Made by a program: the position numbers and the translations under genes
Assembly (NCBI GenBank): GCA_027006055.1
Contig: JALTKX010000088.1
Span: 2,172-66,171 of the forward strand
DNA from: Calditrichia bacterium
GTDB lineage: Bacteria > Calditrichota > Calditrichia > Calditrichales > J004
DNA length: 64,000 nucleotides
Reading direction: 5' to 3'
The notes under the pieces: model-generated
Told to the model about the DNA's origin: nothing
Database searches by the model: none
The model's input: only the letters and a program-made list of their open reading frames with translations
Shown here: positions 19,962 through 28,659 of the stretch, in pieces
How the letters are laid out: the number at the start of each line of letters is the position of its first letter
Numbering within the stretch: the stretch's first letter is position 1

Positions 19962-20052
19962 AAATAAACGGAGGTTTTAGGCCTCTTCTTCGCCCCGGCG
20001 GGGCCGAACAGAAAGATATAAAATGGGTTTTTATCAAAGCATGAAGGAGGGG

Positions 20053-20369
20053 TTATTCCCGGGAAAGAATACGTTTAAGCTCCTCGCGGGTAATTGCCCG
20101 GGCGAATGACCGTATTTTGCTGTTATCCCCTTCTTTTCCGTCTACAAAATAAACGGGGATGGTGGAAGTCATTTTCCGTTGGTTAATTTTTTCCGCCGTT
20201 ATCCGCCCATGGGAAGGCAGGACGGCATAGTTCACCACAATCATATCAGGCAACACGCGGCGTAGGCCCGGGCGCCGTCCTTTTGTTCAGCCGCCACCAC
20301 ATTTCCGTTGCACGAACACATCTCCACCAGCGTTGTGTCACGGGAAAAGTCGATGACAAATATTTTCAT
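20053..20369 (-). pseudogene. small thioredoxin-fold (Thioredoxin_3/ArsD-like) gene split by a frameshift
   Basis: ATG 20369 with GGAGG 6 nt upstream gives MKIFVIDFSRDTTLVEMCSCNGNVVAAEQKDGARAYAACCLI* (stop 20241-20243). The -1 frame is open from 20288 and continues ...VLPDMIVVNYAVLPSHG...TSTIPVYFVDGKEGDN...ITREELKRILSRE (track ORF 20053..20256). Joined, they give a beta-alpha-beta ... beta-beta-alpha domain of about 105 aa. Confidence 0.4.
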
Positions 20370-20410
20370 AATGCCTCCGTCCTTTTCACCCCGGTCACGG
20401 GTTATGGCGA

Positions 20411-22411
20411 TCAGAGTTTATCGGCGATGATTTCCGCAACATCCCGTACCCGTTTGGCGGACTCCAACTCATTGCCCGCGTCCGTCATCATGGTCATGCA
20501 AAAGGGACAGGCCGTGGCAATGATCTCCGCCCCTGTTTGCTCGGCTTCCTTAAAACGTTCACGGCGGATGGCCTCGCTCCCTTCTTCCTCTTCCTTCCAC
20601 ATCTGGCCCCCTCCGGCGCCGCAACAAAAACTATTTTCTTCATTCCGGGGCATTTCCACAAGCGGCCCTACCCTGCTCAGATCATGGCGCGGCGCCTTAT
20701 ACTCACCATTATGCCTTCCTAAGTAGCACGGGTCATGAAACGTCATCTTTTCATCCCCGCTTTGAGGCTTCAGCCGTCCCTCCTTCATCAGCTCATCAAT
20801 AAATTGCGTATGGTGCACTACCTCAAAGTCTCCTCCGAACTGTTTATATTCATTCTTGATGGTATGCAGGCAATGGGGGCAGGTGGTTACAATCTTCTTC
20901 GGTTTTACGGAGTTCAACAGTTCAACGTTCTGCTCGGCCATCATACTGAACAGATACTCATTGCCGGAGCGCCGGGCACTGTCTCCGGTGCAGCTTTCCT
21001 TGTTACCCAAAACGGCAAAGTTTACCCCGGCCTTATTGAGGATTTTGGAAAAGGAACGGGCAATCCGCTGCCCCTTCGTTTCAAAGGCTCCCGCGCAGCC
21101 CACCCAATAAAGTACATCAAAATCGGGCTTTTCATCAACGGTCTTCACCTCCAGCCCTTCCTCATCCCGGGCCCATTTCATGCGGTCTTCATTCATATTC
21201 CAGGGGTTTTGGTTACGTTCCATGCCGTTATAGGCCCCTTGCAATTCCTTGGGGAAGTCGGATTCCATCAGCACCTTGTCCCGCCGCATATTGAGGATAT
21301 CCATCATCGGTTCGTTACCCACGGGACAGACCTCAACACAGGCCGCGCAACTTGTGCAGGCCCACAGGGCCGACGGGCTTAACATGGCGCCCACCATGGC
21401 GCCGTCCGTTTCCTCCCCGGCGGCAAAGCTTTTTAAATGGGTGTTTAAAAAAATTCTTTTATTGATTTCCAGCGCGGAAGGGCTCAGTTCCTTACCCGTT
21501 TGATAGGCCGGACATACATCCTGGCAGCGGTTGCACATAATGCAGGCAAAGGCGTCCAGTAATTGTGTTTTTTCCAGATGCTCCATGCGGGCCACGCCAA
21601 ACTGCTCCGCATCCTCCGCCTCAAAATCCAAGCGTTCCATGGCCCCGGGGGCGGGACGTTGCGGACGGGTTAAATAATTCACCGGTCCCATAAAGAGATG
21701 GGCATGTTTGCTGGAAGGAAAATAAGGCAGGAAAAGCAGGATTAAGCCCAGGGCCAGCCACCAGCTGACATGCATGGCCAGGTTTAAGGCCGGCGCGGAC
21801 ATCCCGGCCCACAGACCCGACACCATACCGGCAAAAGGCTGCCAGGCGTCGTATCCGTTTGCGGCAAGCACAAAGCTTTCTCCCAAAAAACGAAAACCGA
21901 TATGCGCCAGGATGAAGAGACCTACTATCAGTGAATCACGCTTTATCTTTTCCCGGGCGCCCGCGGCCAGTAAAACATTTTCACGGATGTTCAGCTCACG
22001 GGGTTTTACAAAAAAACGGCGCACCAGAAAAACCAGCATGCCCAACAGGGCCGCCACGCTAAACAGGTCGGTAAAGAGCCGGTATAAATTGCCAACCGTT
22101 CCCTGACCCAGGAAATGAAAATCGCTGATATATCCCGTAAGGATATCCCCCAGGTTCACCAGAAAATAGAGTATGAAAGCCCAGGCAATCAGGGCATGAA
22201 AAAAACTGAGCAGCGGTCTTTTTTTGAGAACCGTTTTTTGCGTGAATAAAACGCCGAGGGCGTTAAGAACCCTGGGCCAAAGGGGATTGAGATGAAGTTT
22301 ATCCTGACCGCGGTTAATCGCCCGGTACATGAGCATGAATTTTTGAGAGGCCAGATAAAGAGATGTTCCGAGAGCCAGGGCAAAAAGTATTTTCTCCACA
22401 GATGTAAGCAT
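20411..22411 (-). CDS. membrane-anchored HdrD/GlpC-like Fe-S oxidoreductase (NarI/DsrM-like TM domain, 2x[4Fe-4S], 2x CCG domains)
   Basis: About 240 aa N-terminal polytopic region. Ferredoxin motifs CIMCNRCQDVCP and CTSCAACVEVCP. Two cysteine-rich CCG domains (VGCAGAF...CTGD; CCGAGGG...CPFC). Confidence 0.8.
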   Translation of the reverse strand: MLTSVEKILFALALGTSLYLASQKFMLMYRAINRGQDKLHLNPLWPRVLNALGVLFTQKTVLKKRPLLSFFHALIAWAFILYFLVNLGDILTGYISDFHFLGQGTVGNLYRLFTDLFSVAALLGMLVFLVRRFFVKPRELNIRENVLLAAGAREKIKRDSLIVGLFILAHIGFRFLGESFVLAANGYDAWQPFAGMVSGLWAGMSAPALNLAMHVSWWLALGLILLFLPYFPSSKHAHLFMGPVNYLTRPQRPAPGAMERLDFEAEDAEQFGVARMEHLEKTQLLDAFACIMCNRCQDVCPAYQTGKELSPSALEINKRIFLNTHLKSFAAGEETDGAMVGAMLSPSALWACTSCAACVEVCPVGNEPMMDILNMRRDKVLMESDFPKELQGAYNGMERNQNPWNMNEDRMKWARDEEGLEVKTVDEKPDFDVLYWVGCAGAFETKGQRIARSFSKILNKAGVNFAVLGNKESCTGDSARRSGNEYLFSMMAEQNVELLNSVKPKKIVTTCPHCLHTIKNEYKQFGGDFEVVHHTQFIDELMKEGRLKPQSGDEKMTFHDPCYLGRHNGEYKAPRHDLSRVGPLVEMPRNEENSFCCGAGGGQMWKEEEEGSEAIRRERFKEAEQTGAEIIATACPFCMTMMTDAGNELESAKRVRDVAEIIADKL

Positions 22412-22476
22412 CGCAGTAACCTCGTGAAAATGTATGGATTTTTAGAGCCGGGATTTGGACGCCCGGCCCGGGCTAT

Positions 22477-22974
22477 TTAATATTTCTCGGGTAACAGGCC
22501 TTTTTGCTGCCAGATGCGGCGCTTAAAAGGCGGCAGATAGTCTACAAACAGTATACCGTTGAGGTGATCTATTTCATGTTGCAGCACCCGGGCCATCCAG
22601 CCGTCAAAGCGTTCCTCATGGGCGTGGCCGTTTTCATCCGTGTATTGTAGACGAATCCCTTCCGGCCGACTGACATCATCCCGCACATCGGGTATGGAAA
22701 GACAGCCTTCTTCCAGGGTTTCCTCTCCCCAGGATTCCACGATTAGCGGATTTATAAAAGCACGGGGCCCTTCATTCTCATCGATGGAAGATATATCCAC
22801 CACGCACAGTTTTATGGAATAGCCCACCTGCGGCGCCGCTAAACCGATTCCTTCCTCGCGGTGCATGGTAACGACCATATTGTCAATCGTTTTTTCCAGT
22901 TGCGCATCAAACGTTTCTATGGGCCGTGTTTCACGCCGCAGAACGGGATCACCGATATATCGGATTTTATACAT
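22477..22974 (-). CDS. def: peptide deformylase
   Basis: Motifs GIGLAAPQ, EGCLSIP and HEIDHLNG. ATG 22974 (MYKIRYIGDPVLR) lies 8 nt after the iscA stop. The track start at 23007 is probably too long. Confidence 0.9.
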   Translation of the reverse strand: MYKIRYIGDPVLRRETRPIETFDAQLEKTIDNMVVTMHREEGIGLAAPQVGYSIKLCVVDISSIDENEGPRAFINPLIVESWGEETLEEGCLSIPDVRDDVSRPEGIRLQYTDENGHAHEERFDGWMARVLQHEIDHLNGILFVDYLPPFKRRIWQQKGLLPEKY

Positions 22975-22982
22975 GGGACGAC

Positions 22983-23306
22983 CTAAACGGCAAAGGAGTT
23001 GCCACAACCGCAGGTTTTTGTGGCATTGGGATTGTTAAACACAAATCCGCTGCCGTTTAAACCGTCGGTATAGTCCAGTTGGGTACCGGCCAGATAAACA
23101 ACGCTTTTGGAGTCGATGATAACCTTAACATCGTCATATTCATATAGCTGGTCGCCTTCCGTCTTGTTATCATCAATATCCAGCACATAGGTAAAGCCGG
23201 AACAACCGCCCCCCTTTATACCGATGCGTATGAAACTATCGGATTTATTTTCCTCGCGCATAATCTCGCGTATTTTTGAAACAGCCTTTTGCGTTACCTC
23301 AATCAT
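22983..23306 (-). CDS. erpA: iron-sulfur cluster insertion protein, IscA/ErpA/HesB family
   Basis: 107 aa with GGCSGF and a C-terminal CGCGNSF motif. Its start overlaps the rny stop (TGATG). Confidence 0.9.
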   Translation of the reverse strand: MIEVTQKAVSKIREIMREENKSDSFIRIGIKGGGCSGFTYVLDIDDNKTEGDQLYEYDDVKVIIDSKSVVYLAGTQLDYTDGLNGSGFVFNNPNATKTCGCGNSFAV

Positions 23307-24919
23307 CAGCGATTTCCCTTATGTTGTTTTTTCATATTTTTTTCTTCTTTTTTCTTCAGGTCATCCGTGGAACGGGAAGTGATCGACTTCCTTATTACTG
23401 TAACTTTTATTTGGCCCGGATATTCCATGGTTTCCTTTATTTTTGCCGCGATATCCGAAGACAACACCATACACTGTTCATCGGTTAACTTGGCCGGTTC
23501 CACAATAACGCGCACTTCCCGGCCCGCGGAAATGGCATAGGTTTTATTGACGCCGTCGAAGGAGTTGCCTATTTCTTCCAACTGGGTAATGCGCTTGGTA
23601 TAGGCCTCCAGCGAATCCCTGCGGGCTCCCGGTCTGCTGCCGCTAATCTTGTCGGCGGCGGTAACCAGAACGGAGATGGGGCTGATCGGTTCCGCTTCCT
23701 CGTGATGGGCCAGGATGGAGTTGATAACCACTTCATGTTCCTTGCACTTTTGCGCCAGTTCCACCCCAAGGGTAACATGGCTGCCTTCCGTATGGCTGCT
23801 GATCGACTTACCGATATCATGAAAAAGTCCCGCGCGGCGGGCCAGTTTTACATTAAAGCCCAGTTCCGCCGCCAGGGCTCCGGCCAAAAAGGCCACTTCC
23901 TTGGAGTGTTGCAACTGGTTTTGTCCGTAGCTGTAACGATAACGCAGCCGGCCCAGGTTCTCCCGCATCAGGGGATGAACATTGTTTAAACGCAGTTCGC
24001 GCAGGGTTTCATCCGCCGCTTTTTGAATGGAGCGGTTAACCTCGGCCTTGGCTTTTTTAACCGCCTGCTGTATGGTATTTACATTGATGTTTCTGTTCTT
24101 AATCAAACTCTCCATGGAGAGCCGGGCCACTTCCCGGGCCACGGGATCAAAACCGGAAAGGACGACGAGCTCCGGCGTATCATCCACGATAACCTTAACG
24201 CCGGTCGCTTCCTCAAAGGCACGGATATTTTTACCCTCACGTCCGATAATCATCCCCTTAAAGCGCTCGTTGGGCAGTTCCACGTTTGCCAGGGTAGACT
24301 CATGGGTAAAATCATAAGCCAGGTTTTCAATGGCCGTGGCGATAATTTCCTTGGCTTCTTTTTGGGCCTTTTCGCGGGCTTCGGCCCGTATATCGTTGGC
24401 CATTTGCGCCGCTTCCAATTTCACCTTTTGTTCCAGATTGCGCATCAGTTCGGCACGCGCCTCATCCTGGGAAAAATGCGCCAGGCGCTCCAGCTTTAAA
24501 TTTTGCTGTTCAATCAGAGCATCGGCCTTTTTATGCTTCTCATAAAGCATCTCTTCCTGCTCTTCCAGCTTTTTTTCCTTCATTTCCAAACGGGATTCAA
24601 CCACCTTAAGCTGGTTCTCTGCCCGCTTAAGCTGCTTTTCCCTGTGCAAAAGCCCGGACTCCTGCCGGCGGAACTTCAGGTCTTTCTCACGCAGTTCGTT
24701 TTGGAATTTGGCCCGTTTTTTCTGTAAATCCATTTTAAAATTATAAAGGCGTTCCTTTTTAATTTTCTCGGCCTCGCGTTCCGCCTTTTCCAGTATGGAT
24801 TTTGTGGAATTTTTTGTTCTGAGGGCGTTGAGATGATAAATGAGCAGGCCGATAAACACACCGCCTATCAGGCCGGCCAGCACAAATACTACAGGGTTTT
24901 GAGTAAGGTTTTCAAACAT
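23306..24919 (-). CDS. rny: ribonuclease Y
   Basis: N-terminal TM helix, coiled coil, KH domain (GMIIGREGKNIRAFE), and HD domain (HSKEVA...LFHDIGK). ATG 24919 is preceded by GGAG. Confidence 0.9.
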   Translation of the reverse strand: MFENLTQNPVVFVLAGLIGGVFIGLLIYHLNALRTKNSTKSILEKAEREAEKIKKERLYNFKMDLQKKRAKFQNELREKDLKFRRQESGLLHREKQLKRAENQLKVVESRLEMKEKKLEEQEEMLYEKHKKADALIEQQNLKLERLAHFSQDEARAELMRNLEQKVKLEAAQMANDIRAEAREKAQKEAKEIIATAIENLAYDFTHESTLANVELPNERFKGMIIGREGKNIRAFEEATGVKVIVDDTPELVVLSGFDPVAREVARLSMESLIKNRNINVNTIQQAVKKAKAEVNRSIQKAADETLRELRLNNVHPLMRENLGRLRYRYSYGQNQLQHSKEVAFLAGALAAELGFNVKLARRAGLFHDIGKSISSHTEGSHVTLGVELAQKCKEHEVVINSILAHHEEAEPISPISVLVTAADKISGSRPGARRDSLEAYTKRITQLEEIGNSFDGVNKTYAISAGREVRVIVEPAKLTDEQCMVLSSDIAAKIKETMEYPGQIKVTVIRKSITSRSTDDLKKKEEKNMKKQHKGNR

Positions 24920-25055
24920 GTAATCTCCGCATTTATTGTAGCCGTTTACATTCCATGGGAAGTTAAAAACGGGCAAATTCTGAAAAAATATAAAGTTAGC
25001 TCAAAAACAGGGTAAAGACAAGTGCTGCAAGGCAGGAAAAATTAAATAAAAAAGA

Positions 25056-26039
25056 TTAATGAAACGCTTCCAGGGAAAGCTCCGGTATCTTGCGAACATC
25101 CACGCTCTGATGGATTTTTTTAAACTCCTGAAAAATATCCGGATCGAACTTCCCGTTGCCGGTTTCCCGTTCCATAACCTCCAGGGCGTTATCCACGCTA
25201 AGCGCCTTGCGGTAAGGACGATCGGTGGTCAGCGCGTTATAGCTGCCCGAAAGCGAGATGATACGCGCCAGAAAAGGGATGTCCTCTCCTTCCAACTGAT
25301 CGGGATAGCCGGTACCGTCATACATCTCCTTATGGCTGCGGACGATGGGTAACGTGCCGTGCAATGAGGATATCGGCTCCACAATGCGCTCACCCACGAT
25401 GGGATAGGTGCGTATTTTTTCAAACTCATCCGGCGTCAGGGGTCCGGGCTTGGAAAGTATCTTCTCTTCTATTTCAATTTTCCCTATGGCATGCAGCAAA
25501 CCACCCCGGGCCACATCCAGCGTATCCTGCGCATCCAGCCCCAGTTCCTTGGCGAAAAAATGTGCATGGGAGGCCAGCCTAAGTGATGAACCCTGGGCAT
25601 AGGCATCCTTTACCTCTGCTATCATGGCCATCTTAAAAATTAAATCCTCGGCGCTGCGCAGTTGCTTTTTGTAACTCTGCAGTTCCAAAATGGTGCGCAC
25701 ACGCATCTTAAGTTCATAAATATTAAAGGGTTTTGTTAAAAATTCCACATTAAGTTCATAGCTGAAAGCGCGGGCCCGGTTGTCATCCAAACCGGTGATC
25801 AATATAATGGGGATATTTTTGGCTTCTTCGTGCTTTTTTAATTTTTTACAAACTTCAAACCCGTCTATTCCCGGCATCTGAACGTCAAGCAGAATAAGAT
25901 CGGGATGCTCCTCAAATACCAATTTTATGCCCTCTTCGCCCGAGGAAGCACTGATAAAACTATGGGATTCCGTAAGGAAGAAAGACTTTATAAGAGCGAT
26001 AGATTCCGCATAATCATCAATAATCAGTATTTTGGCCAA
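25056..26039 (-). CDS. response regulator with degenerate HD-GYP output domain
   Basis: REC domain (ILIIDD...LILLDVQMPGIDG...KP). The HD-GYP-like domain reads LLHAIGK (not HDIGK) and SHKEMYDGTGYP (not HHE..DG.GYP). TTG start at 26039 with GGGGAG upstream. Confidence 0.85.
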   Translation of the reverse strand: MAKILIIDDYAESIALIKSFFLTESHSFISASSGEEGIKLVFEEHPDLILLDVQMPGIDGFEVCKKLKKHEEAKNIPIILITGLDDNRARAFSYELNVEFLTKPFNIYELKMRVRTILELQSYKKQLRSAEDLIFKMAMIAEVKDAYAQGSSLRLASHAHFFAKELGLDAQDTLDVARGGLLHAIGKIEIEEKILSKPGPLTPDEFEKIRTYPIVGERIVEPISSLHGTLPIVRSHKEMYDGTGYPDQLEGEDIPFLARIISLSGSYNALTTDRPYRKALSVDNALEVMERETGNGKFDPDIFQEFKKIHQSVDVRKIPELSLEAFH

Positions 26040-26146
26040 AACAGACAGCTCCCCTTAAACTAAATATGATAATGCATCGACTTTTAAAATAAAAGACTTA
26101 AGAATTGACAGGTGATTGCTAAAAAATAAGTTTAAAATATGTTAAA

Positions 26147-27094
26147 TTAACCGTGCATTTCTGTGACAATTAGCACTTCGCCTGTTTTTAGGGGATAGCC
26201 GTTTAAAAAATCACGCACATTCATCTGTCTTTTCCCCTGCAGTTGAAGCCGTTCCAGGCTTACGGCCCCCGGGTTGCAGGCTACCACAAGCCGCTCTTTT
26301 TCCCGCCGGATAATCTGACCGGGCCTGCTCTCCGTGTGCTCCCCGGATGAAACGCCCGCCTTGAGAATTTTTAGTTTTTGTCCACGCCAAAAGGTATAGG
26401 CCCCGGGATAGGGAGAAAGCCCCCGGATAAAATTATGCACCTCGTCGGCGGGCCGGTTAAAGTCGATTGCCGTATTGGCGGCGGTGAGCTTCGGCGCTCG
26501 GGAGGCCAGGCGATTATCCTGTTTTTGGGGCTTTATCTCGCCTCTTTTCAGTTTTTCCAGGGTACGCACCAAAAGGCGCGCCCCCAGCGGCGCCAACAGG
26601 TCATGCAGGTCCCCGGCGTTCATATCCCCGGTTATGTTCACCCTCTCCTGCAAAAGGATATCTCCGGTATCCACCCGTGCGTCGATCAGCATGGTGGTAA
26701 CGCCACTTTCCCGCTCTCCGTTTATGATGGCCCAGTTTATGGGCGCGGCGCCACGATAGGCGGGAAGCAGCGAGGCATGGACATTAAGCGTTCCCAGGGG
26801 AGGAATGCCAAAGACCTCACGGGGCAATATTTTAAAGGCCACAACCACAAACAGCTCCGCTCCCAGCCTTTTTAGCTCCTCCCGGAAAGTCTCATCCCTT
26901 AAGGATTCCGGTTGTAAAAGAGTTAAACCATGCTTCAGGGCGCACTGTTTTACGGGCGAGGGCCTTAACTTTTGTCCCCGCCCCTGTTTTTTATCCGGTA
27001 CGGTAACAACCGCCACAAGCTCATGACCCGCTTCAAGCAACGCTTCCAGGGAGTACACCGCAAAATCCGGCGTACCCATAAAAATAATTTTCAT
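26147..27094 (-). CDS. fmt: methionyl-tRNA formyltransferase
   Basis: MKIIFMGTPDFAV..., HASLLPAYRGAAPINWAI, and the C-terminal Fmt domain. Confidence 0.95.
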   Translation of the reverse strand: MKIIFMGTPDFAVYSLEALLEAGHELVAVVTVPDKKQGRGQKLRPSPVKQCALKHGLTLLQPESLRDETFREELKRLGAELFVVVAFKILPREVFGIPPLGTLNVHASLLPAYRGAAPINWAIINGERESGVTTMLIDARVDTGDILLQERVNITGDMNAGDLHDLLAPLGARLLVRTLEKLKRGEIKPQKQDNRLASRAPKLTAANTAIDFNRPADEVHNFIRGLSPYPGAYTFWRGQKLKILKAGVSSGEHTESRPGQIIRREKERLVVACNPGAVSLERLQLQGKRQMNVRDFLNGYPLKTGEVLIVTEMHG

Positions 27095-27441
27095 TACTTT
27101 TTCTTTTCGGCCTTATCGTTTTTTTCAACGGCCTTGCCTACAGGCATTACAAATTCAACGGCCGGCTTATCCACGTTTATTTTAACATTATCATCCACTT
27201 TTATGATAACGATTTTATTATCATCGGCGAAACCAACCACCTTGCCATGAATGCCGCCCCGGGTAACAACATTGTCCCCTTTTTTAAGCTGCTCCAGCAT
27301 TTTTTGTTTTTCTTTCTGCTTTTTCATTTGAGGGCGCATCATCAGAAAATAAATAACAATCATGATGATAATAAAAGGCAGGAAAGACATGATCGGGTTT
27401 GCAGGTTCCTGCTGGATGATGGTTAATAAAGCAAGGTTCAT
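27094..27441 (-). CDS. yajC: preprotein translocase subunit YajC
   Basis: Single TM helix followed by MMRPQMKKQKE...L.KGD.VVT.GGIHGKV. Confidence 0.9.
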   Translation of the reverse strand: MNLALLTIIQQEPANPIMSFLPFIIIMIVIYFLMMRPQMKKQKEKQKMLEQLKKGDNVVTRGGIHGKVVGFADDNKIVIIKVDDNVKINVDKPAVEFVMPVGKAVEKNDKAEKKK

Positions 27442-27453
27442 AAAACTTCTCCT

Positions 27454-28581
27454 TTAAAATGCATTGTTAAACGTTGAAATGATTTCCTTTTTCCATGGGG
27501 CAAATGTGCCCGCCTTAATCTGTTTTCGCGCTTCTTCCATTAAACGGATATAATAATTCAGGTTATGATGCGTTGTGAGCCATATGCCCAGAACCTCATT
27601 GACATTCAGCAAATGACGGATATAGGCCCGCGAAAAATTGCGGCAGGCATAACAGGAACAGTGCTCATCCATCGGCCGGACGTCCGTTTTATAGCGGGCG
27701 GCTTTGATGACCATTTTACCCTGATGTGTAAAAACCGTTCCGTTCCGCGCGTTGCGCGTGGGCATAACGCAATCGAACATATCCACTCCCCGCTCTATGC
27801 CTTCCAGCAAATCCTGCGGCATGCCCACCCCCATCAGATAACGGGGCTTATCAACGGGCAGAATATCGGTGGCAAGATCGGTCATGGCCAGCATCTTGTC
27901 CTTGGACTCCCCCACCGCCAGGCCGCCAATGGCATAACCGGGAAAATCCATCTCCACCAGGGCCCGGGCGCTGGCCTCCCGCAAGTCCGGAAATGTGCCG
28001 CCCTGAACAATGGCAAAAAGCCATTGTGCATAGCCGTGCAGCGGTTGGGAACCGGCATAGGCTTCTCGGGCTATGGAGGCCCATTTAAGCGTGGTTTTAT
28101 GGGAGGCCGCCACATAAGACCTGTCGGCGTCATGGGGGGGACATTCATCCAGCACCATCATGATATCGCTGCCAATCTTTTGCTGAGTTTCCAATACCGA
28201 TAGCGGCGTAAACAAGTGGCGGGAACCGTCGAGATGTGATTTAAAAACCACGCCCTCGTCATTTATTTTGCGCAGTTCTCGCAAGCTGAAAACCTGAAAA
28301 CCGCCGCTATCGGTAAGAATGGGCTTTTTCCAGTTCATAAAATTGTGCAATCCGCCAAAGGAGGCAATTAAGTCCGCTCCCGGTCTCAGGTAGAGATGAT
28401 AGGTGTTCCCAAGGATAATCTGGGCCTTTAAATCCTCCAAATCCCTGGGGGATTGTGTTTTAACGCTGGCCTGGGTACCCACCGGCATGAATATGGGGGT
28501 TTCCACCGTGCCGTGTCCCGTTTCTATTAAACCGAGCCGGGCCTTGGAGCGGTCATCTGTCTGCAAAAGCTTAAAGTTCAA
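27454..28581 (-). CDS. tgt: tRNA-guanine transglycosylase (queuine tRNA-ribosyltransferase)
   Basis: HGTVETPIFMPVGT, LTDSGGFQVFS, and the zinc site CSCYACRNFSRAYIRHL. TTG start. Confidence 0.95.
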   Translation of the reverse strand: MNFKLLQTDDRSKARLGLIETGHGTVETPIFMPVGTQASVKTQSPRDLEDLKAQIILGNTYHLYLRPGADLIASFGGLHNFMNWKKPILTDSGGFQVFSLRELRKINDEGVVFKSHLDGSRHLFTPLSVLETQQKIGSDIMMVLDECPPHDADRSYVAASHKTTLKWASIAREAYAGSQPLHGYAQWLFAIVQGGTFPDLREASARALVEMDFPGYAIGGLAVGESKDKMLAMTDLATDILPVDKPRYLMGVGMPQDLLEGIERGVDMFDCVMPTRNARNGTVFTHQGKMVIKAARYKTDVRPMDEHCSCYACRNFSRAYIRHLLNVNEVLGIWLTTHHNLNYYIRLMEEARKQIKAGTFAPWKKEIISTFNNAF

Positions 28582-28659
28582 TCTGTTATATCGCTTTTTA
28601 TTTTAGTCAAGCGGTTAATTTATAAAAGCGTCTTTTTTAATTCAAAGAAAAGCACGCCC

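Noticed and set aside
19835-20044. 69-aa + strand ORF in the tamB upstream spacer
   Set aside because: It has a GTG start, no Shine-Dalgarno sequence and no motifs. It also spans the putative minus-strand terminator at 19925-19961. I did not recognise any known ncRNA (tmRNA, 6S, SRP) in this 310-bp spacer either.
20241-20288. Programmed -1 ribosomal frameshift joining the two halves of the small thioredoxin-fold gene
   Set aside because: There is no X XXY YYZ slippery heptamer and no obvious downstream pseudoknot in the frame-overlap region. A mutation or an assembly indel is more parsimonious.
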